Below, piece by piece: positions 11,395 through 24,940 of a stretch of DNA of 64,000 bases. The DNA comes from Prorocentrum cordatum (Eukaryota). Position 1 is the stretch's first letter. Each line of letters begins with the position of its first letter. The position numbers and the translations under genes were made by a program. The stretch covers positions 248,001-312,000 of the forward strand of contig CAUYUJ010000214.1 in the NCBI GenBank assembly GCA_963575745.1. The letters run 5' to 3'. The notes below the pieces were generated by a model, which ran no database searches, was not told the DNA's origin, and saw only the letters and a program-made list of their open reading frames with translations.

Positions 11395-12325
11395 CGCGCC
11401 CGCGCGAGCGCGCCTGCGCGCGCCCGCGCCCGCACTCGCGCGCGCGCACGCGCGCGCGCGCACGCGTGCGCGCATGCGCACGCGCGCACGCACATGCGCG
11501 CGCACACGCACACGCGCACTCACACACGCACGCAAATGCAAACGCACGCGCGCGCAAACGCGCGCGCGCACCCGCGCGCGCACGCGCACGCGCGCACGCA
11601 CGCGCGCGCGCACAAGCACGCGCACACGCCCACGCACACTTACACGCGCACTTACATGCGCACTCGCACGCACTTACATGCGCACGCGCACGCGCACGCA
11701 CGCGCGCGCGCACGTACACGCACGCGCGCACGCGCATGCACGCCCGCGCGCACGCGCGCGCGCGCACGCACACCCACGCGCACACGCACACGCACGCGCA
11801 CGCACGCTCGCACACGGACGCGCGCACGCACGGGCACGCGCACGCGCGCGCACTCGACCACGCACACGCGCACGCGCACGCACGCGCACGCGCACGCGTA
11901 CGCACACACACACACGCACACGCGCACGCGCACGTGCACACGCACGCTCACACGCGCACGCACACGCACACGCACACGCACGCGCACACTCGCACGCGCA
12001 AGCACACGCATGCGCACGCGCACGCGTGCATGCACACACGCACGCGCACGCGCACGCACACGCGCGCGCGCGCACAGGCACGCGCACGCGCACGCGCGCG
12101 CGCGCACACGCACGCGCGCGCGAAACCGCGCGCGCATTCGCGCACGCGCACGCGCGCGCACGCGCACAGGCACGCGCACGCGCACACGCGCACGCGCGCG
12201 CACACGCACGCGCGCGCGAAACCGCGCGCGCACTCGCGCACGCGCACGCGCGCGCACGCGCGCGCACGCGCATGCGCACCCTCACACGCACGCGCGCGCG
12301 TGCGCGTGTGCGTGCGCATGCGTGC
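11395..12325. repeat. ~930-bp alternating purine-pyrimidine (CG/CA)n tract
   Basis: Near-continuous gcgc/gcac/acac alternation. Confidence 0.95.
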
Positions 12326-13159
12326 GCGGGGGGGGGGGGGTCAGCGCCGGCGCAGGCTGCGCTGAACTACGCTGAGCTGAAGCTGGGGGGGGGGGGCAGC
12401 CCGGAGCTGCAGCTGGCGGCGATGCGAAAGCGAAGCGGGGCCCAACCCTGGATCGAGCGCTGCCCGGGGAGAGGCCAGGGCATCGAGACCGGCGGGCCTG
12501 CGAGGTGCGTGCAAGGAGAGGAGGCCAAGCGGTCCAACCTCAGCGGCAGGCGCTGCGCCGCGGGCGCGAGGGGGGGCGCGGGGCGCAACGTGGCGGGGGC
12601 GGGGGCCGTGCAGCCAGGGGCCGGGCGGATGGGGTTGCGCCCGACCCAGCGGGCCGAGGCCTGGCCCAGGGAGAAAGCGAAGCGCCGAGACCAGTGGGCC
12701 TGCGAGGCGCAGTCGCGGGGGCGACGGCCGGGGAGGCACCGCCCAGGAAGAGCGAACCGAGAGCGGCCGAGAGAGGGCGGCGGGAGGGCGGTCGGCGCGA
12801 GCGGCCAGGACCTCGAGAAAAGGCGGTGAAAGCGCTGCCCGCAGTCGTGCACCGGCCAAGGTCAGCGCCCAGGGCCGCGGGCATCTCGGTGCTGGAGGCT
12901 ACCGCCTCGAAGTGTCTATTGCGCGGTCACGCGGAGACCGTCCGCGAGGCTGTGCGACCCCCCGCGGGCAGGCGGTTGGTCGCCCAAGGCGTCCGAGGAG
13001 TATCTGGGCCGCCCCGCCGCTTCCTCGGTCACCGCCCGGCGGACCGCGCGTCCGCGCGCGCGCGTGTGGCGCGTCGACATCTTGTGCGCCGCTACCGTCG
13101 CGCGCGATGTGCATTGGGTGGTTCGGCGTCGTCGGGTGCAGCGTTGGGGGTCGCGGCGG

Positions 13160-13780
13160 GCGTCGGGCCCGTGCGCTGCCCCCTCGCCGCGCGCCGCAGT
13201 GGCCTCAGGCACGACGGCGGCGCCGCGCGCCGCGGCGGTTTCTGCCGCAAGGGCAGCGCGCACGAGGGGGCGCGTGGCGCCCGACGTCTGGGAGTGACGC
13301 GCCCGGGCGCTTGCCGTCAGCAGTTTGGGGTGGGCGCGCAAGTTCGCCTGATCGCGGGCGCGCGTTGAAGGGGGGCAGCGGGGGGCGGCGCGCGGCTGCG
13401 CAGGCGCCCGCGCGCGGTGCGCGTCCGCGCGCGCGGGGCAGGTCCGCGCGCGGGCGCGCCTTCGTTTCGCGGACGGGGATCGCAGGTGCGCGCGCGGCCG
13501 CGGGGGGGATGCGCGCCCGCGCCCGCGCCGCCGCGCAGGCGTCCGCAAATTCTGCGGCAACTCGCAGGCCCGCGCCTGTCGTGCTCCTTGCGCGCGCCTG
13601 GCTGCGACGTCGGTGGCAGTGCGCCGTGGGTGTCAGGCCTGTGCGCTGCCCCCTCGTCGCGCGCCGCAGTGGCCTCTGCCGCGAAGTCGGCGCCGCGCGC
13701 GGCGGCGATTTCTGCTGCCAGGGCGGCGCGCGCGAGGGGGCGCGTCACGCCCGGCGTTGACGCGCCTGGGCGGTTGCCAT
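13160..13780. repeat. Diverged direct duplication of ~150 bp (about 13160-13310 and 13630-13780)
   Basis: Both copies share gtgcgctgccccctcg(c/t)cgcgcgccgcagtggcctc...tttctgc...gagggggcgcgt. Confidence 0.8.
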
Positions 13781-14007
13781 GGCCAATCTGTGGGTACGGA
13801 TGGCGACGCATCAGCAAAGGACGGCCGAGCACGTTTGCGCGGCGTGTCGCCTGGGCCGCCGTGGCGACGCGCTACCCCAACGTTCCCGACCGCATGGGGT
13901 CCACAGACATTTCCTCCTCCTCCTCCTCCTTTTCGTCGTCGTCCTCCTCCTCCTCCTCCTTTTCGTTCTCCTCCTCCTCCTCGTCCTCCTCCTCCTCCTC
14001 CTCCTCC

Positions 14008-14029
14008 TCCGTAGCCATTTTGGCTCAAG
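14008..14029 (+). other. Perfect DinoSL spliced-leader relic
   Basis: tccgtagccattttggctcaag matches DCCGTAGCCATTTTGGCTCAAG 22/22 and lies 42 nt upstream of ATG 14072. Confidence 0.95.
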
Positions 14030-14071
14030 TCGTGTGTTCCGCCCGCTTTCGGCCGCGCGGGACCGCTTGGG

Positions 14072-15477
14072 ATGGCGCGGGCAGGGTCGCCGCCTGGCGA
14101 TCCTCATGGAGGTCAACGGCGCTCGCGTGCCGAGCGCTCGGCCGCACGGCGGCGGGCGCAGGCTGCTGCTGACCTCGGGCTCGCTGCAGCGCATGCCGAG
14201 GTGGCACGGCTGAACACCCAGCTGATGGCGCAGAAGGACAAGTTCGTCGAGCTCCTCGAGTCCGTCGAGCTCGTGTCTGGAGGCGACCGTGAGCTGGTCG
14301 ATCGGCTGCTGGCAGCGGTGCCCTTTTTGAGCAAGATGCTGGCCGGCCAGGTTCCGGAGCATCTTGATGTGCTACGTCGCAATACGGCACTCCACGCTGA
14401 TGGCGGAGGTCTGCGCTTTGCGGATGCCTCGTGCGCTGAGCTCAGGCACGCCCAAGGGGGACCTCGGCTGGAAGTACGCCGTCATTGTGTCGGGCTCCGT
14501 CGTGATGCTGCTCCCTTCTGGCCGCTGCGGCCGCCTGGAGTCTGGGAGGTTCCTCCCGAGGTGCTCCTGTTGGAGGAGCTCGGGTACGGCTCCGCAGGCG
14601 ACGCAGCTGTGGAGGTGGTGGACGCGTGCCCGTCGAAGGTGTGGCCTTTGGCGGTGGAGCCCGCCAGCGCTACTGCCGCCATGGTGGTGCTGGAGGCCCA
14701 GGTGGTGGGAGGAGAGGCCGAGTGTTGCAGCGGTGGACTCGCAGGTGAGAGCCCCGCGTCGGGAAGGGCCCAGGTGGCGGGAGGAGAGGCCAGGACCCAG
14801 GTGGTTGGCGGAGAGGTCCGAGGGAGGAGCCCGACCCAGGTGGAGGGAGGAGTGGTCGGCTCCCCACGCCGCGCCCAGGTGGTTGGAGGAGAGGCGGAGG
14901 CGATTTCCCCGACATCCTGCGTGGAGCAGGAGGCCCAGGTGGTAGGTGGAGTGGCCCTCGGCGAGATGATAGACCCTAGGGAGTCCGTCGGCATGTCGCA
15001 GTCCGTGCAGCAGGCCAGCAACCACATGATCGAGAAGGCGCACGTCGAGGTCGTCGGCGCTGGCCCGCACGTGCACCCGTGCGTCCTGGTCGTGGCGAAC
15101 TCGTGCATGGTGGAGGCTTCGGCTTGGTTGGACGGCTGGTGGCCGCTGCTGGGGACGATCCCTATGGAGAAACGTCTTGCTTCCTCGAAGCCCAGTATGA
15201 GGACGACCTGGATAGGAACTGGGAGGAGATGGTCGCCGAGATCAACGCGAGCATCAGGCCCATGCCCACCAGCTACCTGACCAGGAGCAGGGACTTCGGG
15301 GCTTTCGTGCAGCACCCGCCTTCATGCCTGTGTATTTCGTGCTTCCGCTCGTGCTGTCGCGATGAAGCTGGAGACAGTGGGCGTGCTGTTCCTCGGTGTC
15401 TACGTGCGGGCATCCTGCGGATAGGCGCCACGATTCTCAAGCCGAAGGCGACGGTCAAGGCGAGGCGCCCAGGCTGA
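14072..15477 (+). pseudogene. Intronless retrocopy of unknown function with AQVVGGEA-type repeats; probable frameshift near 15060-15150
   Basis: SL relic upstream. ORF 14072..15280 has a helical N-terminal part and about 6 [AT]QV[VAE]GG repeats. Overlapping frame 15079..15477 looks like the true C-terminus (EAQYEDDLDRNWEEMVAEINAS, CLCISCFRSCC). Confidence 0.6.
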
Positions 15478-16754
15478 GGGCGAGTGTCCCCCCCCCTCCC
15501 CTTCTCCCTCCTTTCGCCTCCCCTTAGTCTCGCCTCGGGCCTCGGTGCGATGCGCGGCGACGGGCGGCCCGCGGAGTACTAAATACTCCTCCTCCTCCTC
15601 CTCCTCCTCCTCCTCCTCCTCCTCCCCTCCTTCCTCCCTCCCGTTCCCGACCCTCCCAGACATTTCTCGCTTGCCGCGTCGGCTTCTTGCACGTCCGGCC
15701 GGGCCCTGGGCTGCGCGCCCCGCCCTGGTGGGACCCCCCCCGCCCTTCGGGGCGCACGCCCTGGCGGCCAGCCTCCCCTCGCCTCGCCTGTTCGTCGGGC
15801 CGGCGATCGCAGGGGGAATTGGCGTGGGGGGGGCGCGTCGACCTCGAATGGTTGATGCATCGACGACGCAGCGTTGACTTCGGGGAGGTGTGCCGACGAG
15901 GAATGGACGACGCATGGGGCGGTCTGCGTCGACGATGTATCGACCATACATGGGCGAAGCATCGGCCGTTCGCAGTGGATGCGTCCCCCTCATGCGCATC
16001 CCGCCTTATCGTTGCCCCTCACCCCGGAACTCCGACGTTATATTTTTTTTGTTCTCACAACGTGGGCCACCAGAGGCCTGATAGCCCCATTCCTGGAACC
16101 AGCTTCTCATCCCGAGTCGGTTTTGGTGGCCCTGGGGGCCCGGCAAGGGCCCCCGGAGGCAGAAAACAGTCGAAACCGTTCCGTCGTGCTTTCTGTCGCC
16201 GCGCGAGGGTGTCTGGTCTCATCCTCGCAAGTCGACCCTTGGGCTTGTCCTGTGCTGCAGTCTGACCAGAATTTCATGGGGAATCCAGCCGTGGCCACGA
16301 GTGCGCCGCGGAAGGCCCAGAAACGCCCGAGAGGCCGAACACTCCCAAGGGCCTTCCGTCGTGATGTTTTCGCAGCGCGAGGAAGGGGGGTCCCTCCTGC
16401 CCGTTCAGGGGCAACGTTAGGGGTGAACTAAATTCAAAGGGGGGACGCATCGACCCCCAATCGCCAATTTACTGCCGATAGGGGCCCGATAGCCCACCCC
16501 GTCCAGGAGCGCGCGGTTTCCCTTTCCGCGGCCTATCGCCGATCTACCGGCGATGTATCGCCTATCCCTTCCCCCCCTGAGCTGGTTTCCCTCTACTGTT
16601 GCCCCTCCTGCCCGCCCGTCAGAGGCATGCCCCTGATGATCAGGGTCGTGCACCTGCTTGACTTGCTTGTCGTCAGCACGGACCGCTCCGTCGCCTCCCG
16701 CCGGGGGAGCGGGCTGCGAGAGCAGGCTTCTGGGAGGAGGGAGAGACATATTAT

Positions 16755-16796
16755 ACTGATGATGCTGCCGATGATGATGGTGATGGTGTAGATGAC

Positions 16797-16890
<94 letters not shown>

Positions 16891-17440
16891 CTGAGGGTGC
16901 GAATAATGATGACGGTGGTGATGATGATGGTGATGGTGATGGTGATGTTGGTGATGATGATGGTGATGATGATAATGATTATATTGATGAAGATAATGGC
17001 CATGACGGTGATGATGATGATCGTGGTTGTGCGAGGACGTTTCATATTACGACGAGGATGATGATGAGGATGAATCTTCAAATGAAGATGAACATGAGGT
17101 TGACGACGAAGAGGATGAAGAGCTGTTAATGATGACCATGATGATGCTGATGATGATTATGATGAGTCGGATGCTGGTGGAGGTGAAGGAGATGCTGATC
17201 ATGCTGATAATGATGCTGCTGATGATGATGATGATAATGATGATGCTGAGGGGAACGATGATGATGATGCTGATGATGATGATAGTTAGGATGATGAGTC
17301 GGATGACAAGCGGGGTGTTGGAGATGCTGATGATTCTGATAATGATGCTGCTGATGATGATGATGATGATGCTGAGGGGAATGATGATGATTATGATGAT
17401 GATACTGCTAATGATGATGATGATGATGATGATGATGCTA

Positions 17441-17486
<46 letters not shown>

Positions 17487-17501
17487 CGATTATGATGATG
17501 G

Positions 17502-17535
<34 letters not shown>

Positions 17536-17714
17536 AATGATGATGATGATGATGATGATGATGATAATGGTAGTGGTGGTGATGATGATTGACGGTTAGG
17601 ATGATGATGGTGGTGGTGATGATGAGGATGCTGAACAGATGAAGATTTTGACGATGTGGATGATGATGATGCTGCCGATGATGATGGTGATGATGTAGAT
17701 GACGATGATGATGG

Positions 17715-17746
<32 letters not shown>

Positions 17747-18263
17747 CTGAGGGTGCGAATAATGATGACGGTGGTGATGATGATGGTGATGGTGATAGTG
17801 ATGTTGATGATGATGATGGTGATGATGATAATGATTATATTGATGAAGATAATGGCCATGACGGTGATGATGATGGTTGTGCGAGGACGTTTCATATTAC
17901 GACGAGGATGATGATGAGGATGAATCTTCAAATGAAGATGAAAATGAGGTTGACGACGAAGAGGATGAAGAGCTGTTAATGATGATCATGATGATGCTGA
18001 TGATGATGATTATGATGAGTCGGATGCTGGTGGAGGTGGAGGAGATGCTGATGATGCTGATAATCATGCTGCTGATGATAATGATGATGATGATGCTGAG
18101 GGGAACGATGATGATGATGCTGATGATGATGATGATGATAGTTAGGATGATGAGACGGATGACAAGCGGGGTGGTGGAGATGCTGATGATTCTAATGATG
18201 ATGCTGCTGATGCTGATGATGTTGAGGGGAATGATGATGATGATTATGGTTATGATACTGCTA

Positions 18264-18300
<37 letters not shown>

Positions 18301-18533
18301 CGATGATGATGATGATGCTAATGATGCTAGTGATGATGCTGATGATGATGATGATGATGATAATGGTAGTGGTGGTGATGATGATTGACGGTTAGGATGA
18401 TGAGGAGATGGACAGGGGTGATGGTGATGATGAGGTAGTGGTGGTGATGATGATGATTGACGGTTAGGATGATGATGGTAGTAGTGGTGGTGGTGATGAT
18501 GAGGATGCTGAACAGATGAAGACTTTGACGATG

Positions 18534-18569
<36 letters not shown>

Positions 18570-21201
18570 CTGATTACTAGGACGATGGTGATGAGTATGA
18601 TGATTAGCATGATGATGGTTTGGATGGTGGTTCGGTTTTGGATAATGGTGAGGATGATCGTGGTTACGCTGGTGGTTGTGATGATGATGAGGCTGATGAT
18701 GATGCTTAGGACAGTGATTGCCAGGATGATGACGAGTATGACGACGATGACGCAGATGAGTAGCATGGTTATGATGGCAGTTGCAGTGATGAAGATGTTG
18801 ATGCTGATGCTTGTTGTTGATGATGCCGATGCTGATGAGGACTGTGATGATCAGGATTTGTACGATGACGCTTAGGATGATGATGGTTGTGATGATGATG
18901 AAGATGATGATGTTATAAATGATGGTGATGAGCATGAGGATGATGATGAGGATGCTGCTTAGGATGTTGTTGATGATGACGATGGGGATGGTGAGGATGA
19001 GAATGCGAAGGCTGATGAGCATGCAGATGCTGACTGGGATCGCGATGACGCCGATGCTGCTGGTAGTGGTGGTGATGATGATTGCGCGGATGTTGGTGAT
19101 GATGACGATGATGATGATGCAGATGTTGCGGATGGTGAGGGTGCATACGATGATGGTGTTGATCCGGATATTGATAGCGATGATGATGTTGCTGATGATG
19201 GTGGTTGCGATGATGATGATGATGGTGGTGATGATGATGGTGATGCGGATGATGAGGATGTAGACGATGATGTCGCTGATTCCGACATTGATGATGATGA
19301 GGATGCTGACGTTGGTTGTGATGATGGTAATGAAGATGATGATGACAATGCTGGCGATGACGATGATCATGATGATACTGATGAGGTTGATGATGATGCT
19401 GATGCTGACGATGCGGACGATGACACTGATGACGATGGCCATGATGAGAAGGATGATGATGCTGATGATGATGATGGTGATTATGGCGATGGTGATAATG
19501 ATGATGATGATGGTTGTGATGATGCGAATGGTGGGGATGTAAACGATGATGGTGTACATTCGGATAGTGACGATCGCGAGGTTGCCAATGATGTTGGTTG
19601 TGCTGATGATGATGGAGATGATGATGCTGATGATGATGATGATGATTGTGGTTGTGGCGGTGATGATGATGACGAATATTATGATGATTGTGATGATGGT
19701 GCTGGCGATGTCGATGACGATGACGATGATGATGCTGACGATGCTGATTATGACGATGATGATGGTGGCCATGATAAGAAGGATGATGATACTGATGATG
19801 ATGGTGATTCTGGTGATGGTGATGGTGATGATGATGATGATGATGATGATGATGCGGATGATGGGGATGCAGACGATGATGGTGCTGATTCGGATATTGA
19901 TGATGACGAGGCTGCTGACGATGTTCGTTGTTTTGATGACGATGGTGATTGTGGTCGTGGTGATGGTGATGATGCTGATGATGCTGATGATGACGATGAC
20001 GATGGTGCTGACGATGCTGATGATTCCACTGATGACGATGGCCATGATGAGAAGGTTGATGATGTTGTTGATGATGGTGATTCTGGTGATGGTGATGGTG
20101 AGGATTCTGCTGATGATGATGCTGATAGTGATGCTGATGGTGATCAGAAAGAAGACGGAACTGATGGTGATGATGATGACGATCACATTGATGATGATGA
20201 TGATGATGATGGTGATGCTGGTACTGATGCTGATGATATTTGTATAGGTGGTGATGCCGATGATGAAGGGGATCGTGATGATGACGAGGGTGATGCTGGC
20301 GCTGATGCGGCGGCTGATGATGATGATAATGATGATGATAATGGTGGTAATGATGATGATGGTAATGATGATGATGATGCGATGCTGATGATGCGGATGG
20401 GGTTAGTTGGGCAGGGGGATCAGCATGATCATGAGTTTGCTACGCGCGGCGATCAGGACGGGTGTCTCGTTGCATAAGAGGGGGGTTCCATGATGATGGC
20501 TATGATGTTGCAAGTGGTGCTGCTGATGATCATGATGACGCGGATGGTGACGATGAGGATGAGGATGATAATGTTGCTGATGCTGATGATGATGTTGATG
20601 GTGCTGCTGGCGATTGTGATCATGAGGTTTCGGATTGCCATGATGTTGAGGATGCTGCGGATGACGAGGCTGTTGCTGACGATGCTGATTCTGATTATGA
20701 TGGTCGGGGTGGTGGTGGCGATGGTAATAATGATGATGACGATGTTAATGATGCTGGCGGTGGTTCTGATGATGTGGATGCTGACCATGCTGATGGTGAT
20801 GATGATGGGGATGATGGGGATGATGCTGCTGATAAGGATGCTGATGATGACGATGCTGTCGATGACGATCGGGATGCGCACGATGCCGACTACGATGGGA
20901 TGCTGATGCTGTTGCTGAGGATTGTGCGGAGGTTGGATGGGGAGGGGGACGACTATACTGCGGATGAGGAGGCCGCCGATTAGGCTCGGTGGCAGGACGC
21001 GTCGGGGCCATGATGATGATCAGGATGATGATGCTGCTGATGATGCTGATACACATGATGGGAGCGGTGATTGTGATGATGAGGATGATGTCGGGGACGA
21101 TGATGATGATGATGGGGGTGATGATGCTGATGATTCAGATGATGCTGATCATCATCATGATGATGAGGGTGGTGGTGGTGAGGCCGATGATGATGCTGAT
21201 T

Positions 21202-21234
<33 letters not shown>

Positions 21235-21386
21235 CTGTATGGTGATTCGGCTGGGGATGGTTATCAGGATGATGGTGATGATGGTGGTGATGATGATGAC
21301 GATGATGCTGTTGACGGTGATGATGATGCCGATGCTGATTCTGATTAGGATGATCAGGATGATGATGATGATGATGATGATGATGC

Positions 21387-21425
<39 letters not shown>

Positions 21426-24400
21426 CGGCGAGGGCGAGGCCGAAGATAAGGACACGCAGGGGGGCGATGCTGCTGCTGCTTCTGTTGATGATGATGTTGA
21501 TGCTGATGCTGATGCTGATGCTGATGCTGGTGATTCTGATGATGTGGATACGCTTATTGTAATGAGGATGCGGAGGACGCCGATGAGGATGAGGGGCCGA
21601 TTGCGTACGTGGCCTGACCATGTTTGTGGCGAAACTGTTAATGATTCTAATGATGTTGATGTTGATGCTGCTGTTGGTGATATTGTTGATGAGGGTGAAG
21701 CTGATGAGTATGATATGGGTAGATTTGCGGAAACCGATGCTGCTGCTGCTGATGGTGATGATGATAACGATGATGATGATGGGAATGAGGGTGAGAACGA
21801 GGAAGAGGAGGATGATGCTGATGCTGATGCTGATGATGGTAATGACGAGGAGTTTGGACGAGGGGAAGGATGCGGATGGCACTGGGGATGATTCGGAAGT
21901 GTGTGCAACTGGGGGTCAGAATGCTTAGGTGTTATGGCCATACAGATGGTCATGCTGATGCTCATGATGGCGCTGCTGCTGAAGCGGATGCTGCTGATGG
22001 CGTCGGTGATGACGAGGAAGATTGAGGCTTCCGAGTTGACGATTGTATTTGTTGGTGGCGATCCGATGGTGGCTGAACGGGATAATCATGAGATGCGGCA
22101 ATGTGTATCGTTGAGGGGGTGATTATGTTGATTATTGATGCGATTGGATCCGTTCATGATGTTAATGATGACGATATTGATGACGATGCTTCTGCTGAAG
22201 ATGAGGCCGACGATTCCGATTACGATTCCGATGACGATGGCGATGACGATGTTGGTGATGTTGATGCTGGCGATGATGATGATGCTGCTCATAATGATGA
22301 TGACGATGGTGATACTGGTGAAGATGATGCTGATGATGATGGTGCTGGTTTCCTCATGTCGACATTGAGGATGGTGACCGCGGCGCGACGACGATTATGA
22401 TGACGAGGGTGACGATACTGAGGCTGATGCTGATGCTGAGGATGATGCTGATGATGCCGATGCTGATGATGATACTGCCGACATCGTGATGGTGAGGGTC
22501 GGCGGAGGCGACGACAGCGTTGCTGCTGGTGCTGCTGATGCTGCTGATGCTGCTGACGACGACGACGGCCACGGTGATGCTGGCGACGGATGGGGGTGGT
22601 GATGATGATGGGGCCGTTGCTGGTGCTGATGCTGGTAATGAGGGCCGTGCTGATCAGGATGATGCTTATGATGCTGATGCTGCTGATGATTCACATGATG
22701 ATGGTGGTGGTGGTAGGGATGATGCAGTTGCTGATGCTGGCCATCATCATGACCATGATGAGTAAGCTTGTGATTGTGAGGAGTATCTGATTGATGATGC
22801 TGCTTAGGATGATGCTGATCATGGTGATGATGGTGATGATGATGATGATGATGATGATGGTGATGGCGATGACGATAACGATTACGATGATGATGCTGAT
22901 GTTGATGCTGTTGCTGGTGCTGTTGACGGCAATTACGGTGATCATGATGATGACGATGATTAGGATGAGGAGGAGGTGGTCAAGGGGGACGATGAGGATG
23001 ATGATGCGGAGGATGCGGGTGATGACGATGCTGGCTAGGATGGGTATGGCGCTAATGATGCTGGTAGTGTCATTGGTGACGACAGTGCGGTGATGATGCC
23101 GCAGACGGTGATGATGGTGATGCTGATGCTTCTGACGATGCTGATTAGGATGATGATGCTGAGGATGATAATGATGCTGATGATGATGGTATGATGATGC
23201 TGATTATGATGATGATGATGCTGATGATTCTGATTAGGATGATAGAAGTAATTATGAGGGTGAGCATCATGATGATGCTGGTGACGGTGGTGATGCGGTG
23301 CACGGTGATGATGGCGATCAGGGTGGTAATGACGTTGACTTTGATGGTGGTGGTGCTGGCGACCGTGAGGATGATGCCCCTGACGATGCTGATGATGCTG
23401 GTAATGATGACGGTGAGGATGAGGATGATGCCGAGGACGAGGGCACTGCTGCTTATGAGGAGCATATGGGTGGTAATGATGTTGCCGAGCATGCCGATGA
23501 GGATCGGCGTTACGTTGTGTCGGGGACATGCCCATGCTGATTGCGATGATGATGTTGCTGCTGATGATGGTGGCGATGGGACGGAAGGCGACGATGCGAA
23601 TGATGATGTGGATGATGTGGATGCTGATGATGCTGATGATGATGACGATGCTGCTGATGATGATGATGATGATGAGGATGATGATGATAATGATGATGCT
23701 GATGCTGCTGCCGATGATGATGATGATGATAATGCTGATGCTGATTGTGACGACGATGCTGATGATGATGAGGATGACGATGTTGATGCTGCTGATGATG
23801 AGCGTGATGCGGGCGATTAGAATAATCATGATACTGGGGATGGTGCGGAGTAGGATGAGGCTTAGGCTGATGATGATGGTCATGGCATGACGGCGATGGT
23901 AAGGTTGTTTGTGATGCCGGTGAAGATGCAGATGCTGGTTGTAGATGCAGATGCTGGTTGTAATGGGGAGGCTGATCCGGATGATGATGCTGATGATGAT
24001 GACTATCGTCCTCATGATGAAGACTCGGACGCGGATGGTGATTATGATGATGATGCTGCTGTTGCCAATGATGGTAATGCGGGTGTGGTCGATGACGGGG
24101 ACGAGGCTGCGTACGAAGAGATGATGCTGATTCTGATGACGAGGAGGTTGGGTAGGGGGGGAGGGGATGCGGATAGTACTGAGGAGGGGAAGGGCACCGA
24201 TGAAGCTTGGTGGCAGGATGAGTAGGGAGCATGGCCATGATGATGGCTACCTAGGATCACGATGCTGGTTCTGACGATGTTGCTGGTGATGATGATGCTG
24301 GTGGCGATGATGATAATGTCGCCAATGATGATGACGGCTGTGAAGATGATGGCGAGTCTGATGGCATTGTTGATGATGATGGTAGTGATGAATCTTAGAT

Positions 24401-24884
24401 TGCGGATGGTGGTGACGATGCTGATGACGATGCTGACGGTGACGATGATGCTGATGCTGATGATGCCGATGATGATGCTGATGATGATGATGATTCTGAT
24501 GATGATGATGATTATGCTGATCATGCTGATGATGCTGCCGATGATGGGTGATGACGATGACGATGCGGATGCTGATGCTGATGATGCTGATGATGATGAT
24601 GATGTTGATGATGATGATTATTGCCCTGATACATATACTAGGCATGCGGATGTTACTAGTGATACTGGTGACGACGACGATGACGATGTTGCTGATGATG
24701 CTGCTGCTGATGATGATGATGCTGATGATGATGTCGTTGTTGCTGATGGTGGTGATGCTGAGGATGTGGACGAAGACGGGGACGATACTCATGATGCTGC
24801 TGATGTTTGTGCTGGTGATGATACTGATACTGATGCTGATGCGGCTGATGATGATGATGACGGCGACGATGATGATGCTGTTGC

Positions 24885-24940
<56 letters not shown>

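Noticed and set aside
10956..12829. Long His/Ala/Arg/Thr-rich ORFs
   Set aside because: Artefacts of the stop-free (CG/CA)n tract.
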